DNA of 64,000 bases, taken from assembly GCA_037445875.1 (NCBI GenBank), contig JBBIJR010000002.1:4336-68335 (forward strand), in the 5' to 3' direction. The notes below the pieces were generated by a model. It saw only the letters and a program-made list of their open reading frames with translations, was not told the DNA's origin and ran no database searches. Shown here one piece after another: positions 31,087 through 41,200 of the stretch. The first letter of the stretch is position 1. The number at the start of each line of letters is the position of its first letter. The translations under genes and the position numbers were made by a program. The DNA comes from Bacteroidota bacterium (lineage in GTDB: Bacteria; CLD3; SB21).

Positions 31087-32403
31087 ATGTCGAGAACTTC
31101 CGCACTCCTCCTTGCCGGTCTTGTCCTTCTGGCACCCGAGCGCCTTTTTGGACAGGGGACGTGGTTCCAGCTCACTCAACCGACCGCTAGAAATCTGGTC
31201 CGGCTTTGCTTCCTCGACAGTTCGGCAGGATGGATCACTGGGGAAAAAGGTACGATCCTCAAGACGACCAACGGCGGTCAGAACTGGACGCAACTTGCTT
31301 CACCTACGGGTGCAGACATTGTCGATATTGAAATGAGCAGTCACCTTCGCGGATGGATGCTGGCCAACGAATTCTCACCGGACAGCGCATCGTTCGGATC
31401 GACGATCTATCGCACCTCCGACGGCGGGAGCGGATGGACATCGCTCAGCCACTTTGAGGAACTCCTGCTCTGCATCGAATTCCCCGACTCGCTCATCGGC
31501 TTTGCGGGCGGTATCACAGGCAAGATCTTGAGGACAACAGACGGAGGGAACACGTGGCTCGATGCGGAGATCGATTCATTCCTTCCATGGCCCGTGCGGC
31601 ATATGGACTTCTTCTCGCCCAGCTACGGATACGCGGTGGGCGGCTACCGCGACATTGCCGGAACAGTGTGGCGAACGACCGACGGAGGCCTTAACTGGAA
31701 ACCGAAAGGAGTGGCCAGCGAACCTGTGTATGCCATTCACTACTTCGACTCCCTGAATGTGCTCTGCGCGGGCGGTGACCCGGATTTTGGCGCCGGTATG
31801 GCACGCACTTCGGACGGCGGTGAGACGTGGACATACACGTTCCTCGGTATCTGGGGAGAGGTGCGATCGATGGACTTCCGATCCCCCCTGGAAGGTTGGG
31901 CCCCGCTGGGCTTTGCGGGTACTTACATGCACACGACCGATAGCGGCATCACGTGGAATTGGACCATTCCGCCGAGCAATACCGCTGTGGTCGACGTGGA
32001 ATTTACCGACTCTATCGTCGGCTACATGATCGGGGAGCGCGGCACGGTTCTGAAGTACGTTCATTCCATCGTTTCCGTCGCGGATGGGCCGGATGCCCTT
32101 CCGGTCAACACGCACCTCCGGCAGAATTATCCCAATCCGTTCAATCCGTCTACCGTTATCCGTTATCAGTTGTCGGCGGACAGCCGTGTTACCTTGCGCA
32201 TCTATGACGAACTCGGTCGGGAGGTCCGTGGTCTGGTGGAAGGCGTGAAGTCCGCCGGATACCACGCGGTAACGTGGGACGGTAAAAACGATGGCGGCCG
32301 GGCCTTGCCCTCCGGTGTGTACTTTTACCGTCTCGAGGCGCGGCCTTTGCCTGGTAACGGCGGGGTATATTCGCAAACACGAAAAATGGTGCTTCTTCGA
32401 TGA
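31087..32403 (+). CDS. Ycf48-like BNR-repeat beta-propeller protein with T9SS C-terminal sorting domain
   Basis: Repeats TTNGGQNW, TSDGGSGW, TTDGGNTW, TTDGGLNW, TSDGGETW, TTDSGITW; CTD NYPNPFNPSTVIRY…GVYFYRLEA. Confidence 0.75.
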   Translation: MSRTSALLLAGLVLLAPERLFGQGTWFQLTQPTARNLVRLCFLDSSAGWITGEKGTILKTTNGGQNWTQLASPTGADIVDIEMSSHLRGWMLANEFSPDSASFGSTIYRTSDGGSGWTSLSHFEELLLCIEFPDSLIGFAGGITGKILRTTDGGNTWLDAEIDSFLPWPVRHMDFFSPSYGYAVGGYRDIAGTVWRTTDGGLNWKPKGVASEPVYAIHYFDSLNVLCAGGDPDFGAGMARTSDGGETWTYTFLGIWGEVRSMDFRSPLEGWAPLGFAGTYMHTTDSGITWNWTIPPSNTAVVDVEFTDSIVGYMIGERGTVLKYVHSIVSVADGPDALPVNTHLRQNYPNPFNPSTVIRYQLSADSRVTLRIYDELGREVRGLVEGVKSAGYHAVTWDGKNDGGRALPSGVYFYRLEARPLPGNGGVYSQTRKMVLLR

Positions 32404-32521
32404 ACTTCCCGGGTTTCCCACACCGGGAAGTTTCACCCGAAAAGTCTCCTTCCAACCATCTCCCCATGCAACCTTCCGGACGGTTGAACGTTAATGGTTC
32501 AAGATTGATCGGACCTTTACG

Positions 32522-33616
32522 ATGACCGCCTACGGCGAAAAGACGAAACGGAACGGATTCTTCGAGACCCTGGGCCGCGATATCCGGGACGGAGGCCACT
32601 ACCGGACGATCCGGAAGGATTACCGGGAACTGCGAGAGTTCTATATCGGGGAAGAGGGTATCCGCAAATTGCAGCGCAAGAACCCGCCGATGCGGTTTCT
32701 GACTACCGGATGGTGGCTGCTGAAGGGCCTCATCTACCACCTGACGCCCACGAGACGCCTGATCATCGTGGCCGCGCTCCTGCTGTCCACCGTCAGCCTT
32801 CGTGTGGGCAACACGACGATCAACGACAACGCGTCCCTGGGGTTCCTGCTGGTGCTTTTTGTTCTGATCCTCGAACTGAAGGACAAGCTGCTCGCCCATC
32901 ACGAACTCGCTTCGGGCAGGGCCATCCAGCAGGCGTTGATGCCGGAATCGTGCCCCGCCATTACGGGCTGGTCGGTGTGGATGAATTCGCGTCCCGCGCG
33001 TGAGGTTGGTGGGGACCTCGTGGATTGCCTGGAGGTGGAGAAAGACCGGGTGGCGATCCTGCTGGCGGACGTTGCCGGCAAAGGACTGCGGGCGGCCCTG
33101 CTCGCCACGCGTCTCCAGGCCACGGTGCGCGCTCTGGCGGCCGATCATGTATCGCTGGCCGATCTCTGTTCCCGCGTCAATGCGATCTTTCACCGTGACA
33201 GTATCAAGAGCATCTTCGCTTCGCTCCTTTACCTGGAGGTGCGTCCGGATTCGGGCACGATCCGTTATGTGAACGCCGGCCACCTGCCTCCGCTGATCGT
33301 GACGGGTCAGGGAGTGCGGGAATTGGACAAGGGCCAGCGCGCGCTCGGACTGTCCGGCGGCTCGACGTACGTCGAACACACGCTCGACCTGCGGTCCGGT
33401 GAGATCTTTCTCGCGTTTACGGACGGACTGACGGAGGCGCTGAACAGCAGGGGCGAGTTGTACGGCACGGAACGGCTGACGGAGCGCCTGTATTTCCTTC
33501 GGCACCTGCCTGCACGCGAGATCGGCGACTCCGTTCGCCGGGACGTGGAAGCGTTCGTCGGAGAAATGCCCGTCCGCGACGATCTATCGATGGTGGTGTT
33601 GAAGAAAGAAGGTTGA
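32522..33616 (+). CDS. SpoIIE/PP2C-type serine phosphatase (RsbU-like) with N-terminal membrane segments
   Basis: GGDLVDC…LLADVAGKG…YVNAGHLPP…FTDGLTEA motifs. Confidence 0.8.
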   Translation: MTAYGEKTKRNGFFETLGRDIRDGGHYRTIRKDYRELREFYIGEEGIRKLQRKNPPMRFLTTGWWLLKGLIYHLTPTRRLIIVAALLLSTVSLRVGNTTINDNASLGFLLVLFVLILELKDKLLAHHELASGRAIQQALMPESCPAITGWSVWMNSRPAREVGGDLVDCLEVEKDRVAILLADVAGKGLRAALLATRLQATVRALAADHVSLADLCSRVNAIFHRDSIKSIFASLLYLEVRPDSGTIRYVNAGHLPPLIVTGQGVRELDKGQRALGLSGGSTYVEHTLDLRSGEIFLAFTDGLTEALNSRGELYGTERLTERLYFLRHLPAREIGDSVRRDVEAFVGEMPVRDDLSMVVLKKEG

Positions 33617-33682
33617 GGGGTGTGGATGAGACGTTCCAGGTTTGGGAAACCCGGAAAGTTTCATCAGACCAGGAATGTTACG

Positions 33683-35824
33683 TCACCCTGCGTCCGATCG
33701 AACCGCTGCTTCGCCGTCCGAACCGGCCGGCTCCTTTACCGGAGGTTCGGGAGGCGTCGCCAGACGCGCCTTGATGGCCCGTTTGTCCGCAAAGTACTCG
33801 AACAGTAGTTCCTGCGCCCTTATCCGCCGCTCCGAATCGGACGGCCGGTACGGATTGTCGAGTTTGCGGTTGAGGATGCGCGTTTTGACGTTGTCCTGCC
33901 AGTGGATGTCGAGAAAATCCTCGATCTCCTTCTGGACGTTCTTGTCATAGACCGGACACGCCACTTCGACGCGGTAATCGAGGTTGCGCACCATCAGGTC
34001 GGCTGAAGAAAGAAAGATGCGCTTCTTGGCACCCGCCTGAAACACGTAAAACCGCGTATGTTCGAGGTAGCGGTCCACGAGCCCCGTGGCCTGGATCCGT
34101 TCCGACATGCCCTCGTGTTCGGTGAGGAGGGAAAACATGGCCCGCACCATCAGGCGCACCTCGACTCCGGCCGTGCTGGCCTTGTACAGCCGCCCGATGA
34201 TCTGCTGGTCCACGAGATTGTTGAGTTTGAGGATGATCGCGGCCTTCTCCCCGCTGCGGGCCGCTTCGATGGCCTGATCGATGTACTTGATCAGCTTCTT
34301 GCGCAGGTTGAAGGGCGCCACGAGCAGGTGGCGGAAGGACTCGCGTTTGTAGGTGCTTTCCATGAATTCGATCACCTTCTCGACTTCCTTGGTGATCCGC
34401 GGGTCCGACGTGAGCAGGCACGCGTCGCTGTAGAGCCGCGCCGTCGTCTCGTTGAAATTGCCCGTGCCGATGCAGGCGAACCGCTGTGTTTTGCGCTTTT
34501 CCTTTCGTGTGATCAGCACGAGCTTGGCGTGCACCTTGAGGCCCGGAACCCCGTCGATCACGCGGACGCCTTCTTCCTGCAGCAGCTGGGCCCATGCCAC
34601 GTTGACTTCCTCGTCGAACCGGGCCTGCAGTTCGAGGATGACCGTTACCGATTTACCGTTGCGCGCGGCGTTGATCAGGGCGTTGATGACGTTTGAGCGC
34701 CGCGCCACGCGGTACAGCGTGATCTTGATGGCGGTGACCTTCGGATCGATCGACGCCTCCATCAACCAGTTGATCAGGTGGTCGAAGCGGTGATACGGGT
34801 ACTGCAGCAACACGTCCTTCTCCTGGACGGCCTTGAACATCCCGCCCTTGTGCGCGAGACCGGGATGGGCCAGCGGCGCGGCGGCTTCGTACTGCAGATG
34901 CGGAGGACCGACCGGCGGGAATTCCATGAAGTCCTTGAGGTTGTGATACCGTCCGCCGGGTATGAGGTCGCTCTCCTTCTTGTCCAACTGCAGGTGCCGG
35001 ATGAGGAATTTGAACAGCGGGCCGGGGATTTCGCTGTCATAAACGAACCGGACCGGGTTGGCCAGCTTGCGCTGTTTTACGCTTTTGTGCACTTTGCGAA
35101 TCAGGCTCTCGGACACGTCCTGGTCGATGTCGAGTTCCGCGTCCCGCGTGATCTTGATCGTGTACGCCTTCGCCTTGCTGCAGCCCAGGACGGCAAAGAC
35201 CTCCTTCAGGCCGAACCGGATCGCGTCGTCCAGCAGGATCACATACCGGGCTTCTCCGGCGGCCGGGAGTGTGACGAATCGCGGCAGCGCATCGGTGGGC
35301 AACTCGATCAGTGCGTAACGTTCCGCTTCGTCGGCGAAAGACAGGGCCACGACGAGATAGACGGAACGGTCCCTCAATTCCGGCATGGACGTCTCTTCGT
35401 CCAACATGAGCGGCATCAGCGTGGGCCGAACCATCTCGCGGAAATACGCGGCCACGAATTCCGCCTGTTCCCGCGTCAGCTGGGTCTCGTCGACGATGAA
35501 CACGTTTTCCCGGGCGAGGTCTTTGAGGATGCGTTTGTACGTTTTGTCGAAGTCGGCCTGCTGCTGGATGACGATCTCGCGGATCTGCTCGAGCACTTTG
35601 CGCGGGTCGTCGCCCACGATCGCCCGGCTTTTCTTCCGCACCTTCGACAGGCGTTTGAGGACCGCCACGCGTACGCGGAAGAACTCGTCGAGGTTGGAGG
35701 AACAGATGCCGAGGAACTTCAACCTTTCGAGGACGGGCACGGACGGGTCGGCCGCTTCCTGCAGCACGCGGGCGTTGAACGACAGCCAGCTGAGCTCTTT
35801 ATTTCTCCATTTGATCTTCTTCAT
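33683..35824 (-). CDS. ppk: Polyphosphate kinase 1
   Basis: 713 aa; N-terminus MKKIKWRNKELSWLSFNARVLQEAADPSVPVLERLKFLGI and PLD-like C-terminal halves. Confidence 0.95.
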   Translation of the reverse strand: MKKIKWRNKELSWLSFNARVLQEAADPSVPVLERLKFLGICSSNLDEFFRVRVAVLKRLSKVRKKSRAIVGDDPRKVLEQIREIVIQQQADFDKTYKRILKDLARENVFIVDETQLTREQAEFVAAYFREMVRPTLMPLMLDEETSMPELRDRSVYLVVALSFADEAERYALIELPTDALPRFVTLPAAGEARYVILLDDAIRFGLKEVFAVLGCSKAKAYTIKITRDAELDIDQDVSESLIRKVHKSVKQRKLANPVRFVYDSEIPGPLFKFLIRHLQLDKKESDLIPGGRYHNLKDFMEFPPVGPPHLQYEAAAPLAHPGLAHKGGMFKAVQEKDVLLQYPYHRFDHLINWLMEASIDPKVTAIKITLYRVARRSNVINALINAARNGKSVTVILELQARFDEEVNVAWAQLLQEEGVRVIDGVPGLKVHAKLVLITRKEKRKTQRFACIGTGNFNETTARLYSDACLLTSDPRITKEVEKVIEFMESTYKRESFRHLLVAPFNLRKKLIKYIDQAIEAARSGEKAAIILKLNNLVDQQIIGRLYKASTAGVEVRLMVRAMFSLLTEHEGMSERIQATGLVDRYLEHTRFYVFQAGAKKRIFLSSADLMVRNLDYRVEVACPVYDKNVQKEIEDFLDIHWQDNVKTRILNRKLDNPYRPSDSERRIRAQELLFEYFADKRAIKARLATPPEPPVKEPAGSDGEAAVRSDAG

Positions 35825-36315
35825 TGGTCACCGCGACCCTGACCGGTCCGCATCAAGTGGGAGGATAAGGCATGGAATCGAAATACCGGATACGTCCGGT
35901 TTAGTGCTCAATCAGGTGCCTGACAATGTACTACAACGGGCCTTCGGATACAATGACCCGAAACACATTCATTCGGAATTCTGGCCGGAATTAGCAATAC
36001 AGGAGTTGATATTCTTAAATGCTTTTTTGTAGGCAGACCAAGGTGGGTATCTGGCGGTTGTCAGCAAAGGCGGTGTACGTTCAGTGGGTCTCACCGACGT
36101 TCACGGTGACCATACGTCAGTGTCAGGCGATTTTCCTTGATACTCGATGGCCTTTTCCTGTAGACTTCTGATGTAATGCCATGGATAGCGTGAAGGCGCA
36201 TTGCCGCCTGTGGCTGAAGGTCCGCGCCTGTCAGGTCCACAACACGTTTGCTTGTCTCGGACGCAACAAAACCGGGACGCCGTTAGAAGCCACACTACCA
36301 ACAGAGGAGGAAAAC

Positions 36316-36990
36316 ATGACTCGCACGACCAACGCCAGGATTGCCGGCTTTACGTTACTCTTCTATATAGCCGCCGGCATAACCTCCATGGTTATGCGGC
36401 AAGAAGCGACCGGGGGCGAAGGGACGCCCGCGAGGCTTACGAACGCCGCCGCGCACGCACCCGAATTGGGCGCGGTGATTGTCCTGGATCTGCTCTGCTG
36501 TTTTTCCGCTTTGGTACTGGCCGTGACGCTGTACGCGATTACGCGCGATGTAAACCGCGATCTCGCTCTGCTGGGCTTCGCAGGCCGTGTGGCCGAAGGA
36601 GTGATCGGTGCGGCCAACCTGCCTAAGACGCTGGGGTTGTTGTGGCTTGCAACCGCCGGTGTCGGGTCGGCTGTCCCGGACGCCGCGACGGCGAACACGC
36701 TCGGCTCCTACCTCCTCATCCCTGTCGGCAGTTCCACCATCAGTGCGACCTTCTTTGCTGTGGGCAGCACGCTTTTCTCGTATCTGATGCTGCGCGGACG
36801 TTTGATTCCCGCGGCGCTGGCGTGGCTGGGTGTGGCCGCGTCCGTTCTACTCGTGGCGGTCCTTCCTGTTCAACTGGGCGGCTTCCTCAAGGGCTCCGTC
36901 ACCCTGTACATCTGGCTGCCGATGCTCCTCTTCGAAGTGGCGCTTGCGCTCTGGCTGATCTTCAAAGGTGTGGCAGAGAAAAGCGAATGA
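36316..36990 (+). CDS. DUF4386 family membrane protein
   Basis: GGAGG RBS 8 nt upstream; multi-TM protein with RIAGFTLLFYIAAGI. Confidence 0.65.
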   Translation: MTRTTNARIAGFTLLFYIAAGITSMVMRQEATGGEGTPARLTNAAAHAPELGAVIVLDLLCCFSALVLAVTLYAITRDVNRDLALLGFAGRVAEGVIGAANLPKTLGLLWLATAGVGSAVPDAATANTLGSYLLIPVGSSTISATFFAVGSTLFSYLMLRGRLIPAALAWLGVAASVLLVAVLPVQLGGFLKGSVTLYIWLPMLLFEVALALWLIFKGVAEKSE

Positions 36991-37254
36991 GGCCGGACGT
37001 TGCCAGGGCGTACCATCTGCAGACGTCGCTGTGCCACCGGGCTTCTGTCGGTCATCCGTCCTTCTTGGTACAAGCGGATCGACTCTCTCATAGAACGCGC
37101 GTTACTTCTACCTGAGCCAGCGCAATCCGATCGTGCTACTTTCTACTTGCCACAAGAGCGGATGAAGCGTAGATTCGTATGTCTCCAGCATAGTGCTCGA
37201 TTGCCACGAGCTTGTGGGATGAGGAGGAGAATCGATACCGTCACGCCTTGCTTC

Positions 37255-37325
37255 CTTGGGCTAAAGCCCATTTGTTGTGCTTGTTGGCCTTCACGCAGCC
37301 CACGACCTAAAGGTCGTGGCAATCT
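37255..37325. repeat. Family-2 hairpin repeat copy (gggctaaagccc … cccacgacctaaaggtcgtgg)
   Basis: Same two hairpins in the same order as at 30815/30862. Confidence 0.75.
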
Positions 37326-37501
37326 TCCTGCTCGGTGTCCCACGGTTTGCCGCGAACTTCAACTCGTGGATAATATAGGGAGCAAGTCCGGTTTCCGTGA
37401 TCGTAAAAAGTGGCGCCTTGCACGAATGCAGACCATTCATGAACTGGCGCCCTTTTTCAGGCCTGACATCGTCTGACATTACTTCAACCAATGGAGGTCC
37501 T

Positions 37502-38242
37502 ATGAGGAACTGCATTTGCTTGCTCCGGGGCATACTGCTCCTCGCCCTGCCGATGGCAGCTTACGCTCAGCCGGGGTCTTATCAGAATTTAGGCGGCGGC
37601 TGGAGCCAGATCGGCGGCATGGCTTCGGTGGGGAACTATCTGTACATCATCAGCGGAGGTACATTGTACGAGACGAGCGCTTCAGGAAAATACAAGGACC
37701 TCGGCGGCGGTTGGAGCGATATGGGCGGGATGGCGTCGCTCGGCCCCTACCTCTACGCGATCAGCGGGGGAACGTTATACGAGACGGGAACCGACGGAAA
37801 ATACAAGGACCTGGGCAGCGGGTGGAGCCAGATCGGAGGCATGGCCGCGCTGGGAAACCATCTGTACATCATCAGCGGCGGCACATTGTACGAAACGACC
37901 ACGGCCGGCACGTACAAGGACCTGGGCGGCGGATGGTCGGATGTCGGAGGAATGGCGGCAGTTGGCGATAAACTCTACATCGTAAGCGGGGGGACGCTGT
38001 ACGAAACAACCACGACCGGCAAGTACACCAATCTCGGCGGCGGATGGTCCGACATTGGGGGCATGGCGGCCCTGGGCGGCAAGCTCTACATCATCAGCGG
38101 GGGTACGCTCTACGAGACCACCACGACAGGCAAGTACAACGGACTCGGCGGCGGATGGTCCGACATCGGAGGGATGACCGCTCTCGGTGAACATCTGTAC
38201 ATCATCAGCGGTGGGACGTTGTACCTCACGCGGGTGAAGTAG
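37502..38242 (+). CDS. Secreted protein made of six tandem ~41-aa repeats (predicted 6-bladed beta-propeller)
   Basis: Signal peptide MRNCICLLRGILLLALPMAAYAQ; six repeats LGGGWSxIGGMAALGxxLYIISGGTLYETTTxGKYKD, near-identical at the DNA level. Confidence 0.75.
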   Translation: MRNCICLLRGILLLALPMAAYAQPGSYQNLGGGWSQIGGMASVGNYLYIISGGTLYETSASGKYKDLGGGWSDMGGMASLGPYLYAISGGTLYETGTDGKYKDLGSGWSQIGGMAALGNHLYIISGGTLYETTTAGTYKDLGGGWSDVGGMAAVGDKLYIVSGGTLYETTTTGKYTNLGGGWSDIGGMAALGGKLYIISGGTLYETTTTGKYNGLGGGWSDIGGMTALGEHLYIISGGTLYLTRVK

Positions 38243-41200
38243 CCGATCGGCGGGGAATCTTGCCGAGCACCCTCGATACGTCTTCGAGCGTGTAAGGCTT
38301 GGGCAGAACGTCCGAAAAGCCGTACGAGCCAAAGTTCGCCATGATCGGATCGTTCGAGTAACCGCTCGAAACGATCACATACGCGCGGGGGTCGATGGCG
38401 AGGATTTCGCCGACGGTTGCCTTGCCCCCCTTGCCGCCGGGAATGGTCAGATCGAGTATCACGGCGTCGAACGGCCTGCCCGACCGGCTGTGGTCGCCGT
38501 ACGTCTGCAGGGCTTCCGTGCCGTCACGCGCGGTGACCGCTTCGTATCCCATTTCGGCCAGCATGTCCTTGATGACTTTGAGAATCGCGGTTTCATCGTC
38601 CATGATCAGAACGCGGCCTTTGCCGCGCGCCGCCTCACCCGACGGCCCCTTTTTTTCTTCCGGTTCGTCGGTCGCCGGCAGGCAGAACGTGAACACGCTG
38701 CCGACGCCCACCTCGGACTCCACGTAGATGATGCCCTGATGATTTCGTACGATCGAATAGGCGGTCGCCAGACCCAGACCGCTGCCGTGTTCCTTGGTGG
38801 TGAAGTAGGGGTCGAAGATCCTCGATAGGTTCTCCGCAGCAATCCCCGTCCCCTCGTCCCGGATGGCCACCCGCACGTATGGGCCTTTCTTGACCTTCAT
38901 GCCGTGCTCGTACGTGTCGGCGGCAAAAGAGACGTTGTCCGCGTGAACGTGGACGGTCCCGCCGCCGGGCATTGCCTGCACGGCATTCAGCATCAGGTTG
39001 TGGATAACCTGACCGATCTGGCCGCGGTCGATGGAAGCCGTCCTCAGATCCGGCGGTAGTTTCAGTTCGCACCTGACGTTGGAACCTGCCAGCGCAAAGC
39101 GGGTCGTCTCCTGGAGGAGCGAGGCGAGGGAGGCGGGCGCCCGGACCGGTTCACCGCCTTTCGAAAACGTCAACAGCTGCTGCGTGAGGCCCCGGGCCTG
39201 CATCGACGCGCGTTCCGCACTCTCGAGGCTTTCCAGCACGGACTCCATCCGGCCGTCACGTGTGTGCTTTTTCGCCAGACTGAGGTTTCCGAGGATCGCG
39301 GTCAGTACGTTGTTGAAATCGTGGGCGATACCTCCGGCAAGTATTCCAAGCGATTCGATCTTGCGGACCTTCAACAGCGCCTCCTCCGTTCGCTTCCGTT
39401 CCGTGATATCGACGATCACGCCTTCCAGGCAGCCGTCCTCCGGAAAGTACCGCGCAGAAAAAGAAACCCAGATGATCTCCCCGTCCCGCCGGCGCATGCG
39501 CGTCTCGAGATTCTCCACGCGACCGTGCTCGCGGAGGATGTGCTTCATGGTTTCCCGGTCCTCCGGATTGACGTACAGGTCCGGCGTCCGGACTTTTCCT
39601 TCCGGATAACCGAGGATCTCCCTCGCTTTTTCGTTGGCCTCGATCACCGTGCCGCTGTCCAGAGAAGTCTTGAACATTCCGACCAGCGAGTTGACGAACA
39701 GGTTTCGGTATTTGGCCTCGCTTTGAAACAGGGCATCTTCCGCACGTTTGCGGTCGGTGATGTCCACCGCCGCCCCGAGGATGGCGGGTCCGCCTTCGTA
39801 ATCGACCAGCCGGACGATCATGTCGCACCACCGGACCTCTCCGCTGCGGGTCACGATTTTCATTTCGTACCGATTCGGCACCGTGAGGCCTTCCATACGG
39901 GCTCTTCCCCGGGCCTTCACCGTTTCACGGTGGTCGGGATGGGCAAACTCCCAGAACTTCATTTGGGACAATTCATCCGGTGTATAACCGGTGTAGGTGG
40001 ATGCGTAGGGGTTCGTGTAAAGGATCTGCTCGCCGCGTACGACGAAGATCGAGGCCGTCAGCAGTTCCGCCAGGGAGCGGAACTTCGCCTCACTCATGCG
40101 CACGGCTCGTTCGGCTTGTTCGCGTTCCACCATCTGGGTCTGAAGTCTTCGGTTCAGATCCAACAATTCACGGGCACGGCGGTTCACGCTGCGAAGCCGC
40201 AGGCGGACGACGGTGGCGAGCATGCCCACCGATACCAGGGCCGTTAGAACGTAGAACCACGCCGTCTTCCAGAACGGTGCGACGATTTCGAACGTAAACA
40301 CCGCATCTCCGGAGGTCCACAGGCCCCCGGCGTTGCGGGCCTTGACGCGGAACGTGTACCGGCCCGGGGGAAGGTTGGCGTACACCGCGTATCGCTCGTG
40401 CGTGGCACGCGACCATTCTTCGTCGAATCCTTCGAGGCGGTAACGGTACCGGACTCCGCGCGGGGCGGTCAGATGGATTCCCGCGTAGTCGAGCGTAACG
40501 TGATTGAGTTCGTACGGGAGGCGAAGTTCCTCGGGGAGCAGCGTGGCCGGATCCAGCCGAGAGCTGTACGGCGTCAGGTCACGCTCCTGCATGAACAGCC
40601 GGAGGCCGGCGATGCGGAGCGACGGCGCGCCGAGCGTGTCCGCGGACACCGGTACATATCGGAATGCGCCCTTGATCGTACCGAACCAGAGGGCGCCGTT
40701 TCGGCCGCAGAACGCGGCGTTCTGATTGCACTCCACGCCGGTGAATCCTTCGTCTGCGCCGTATTGCCGGAATCGGGTCTCGCCGGTCTGTTCCCAGCGC
40801 GGCACGTCGAACCGGTCCACGCCTCGGCTGTGCCCGATCCATAGAGCGCCCAGCGTATCGAACACGAGGAAATAGACCACGTTTGATCCGAGCCCGTCGC
40901 GTTCGTCGAGTCCCGTAAGGCCTCTCCCATCGTAGTGATAGATGCCCTTTTCCGTGCCGAACCACAGGTGTCCGCTTTTCTCCTCGGCCACGGCCAGTGA
41001 GATCCCGTCGCTCAAGAGGCCATCCGGGAATGCGTTTACAAACCGCTGTCCGTCGAAGCGGGCCACGCCCTGATGGGTCACGCACCAGAGGACGCCGCTG
41101 CGGTCCTCGTGCAGAGCGTAAACCCGGTTGTCGGTAAGACCGTCGCGCGTCGTGAAGTGCGTTGGCCGCTGCCCGTCGTAGCGGAAAACGCCCGAATCCG

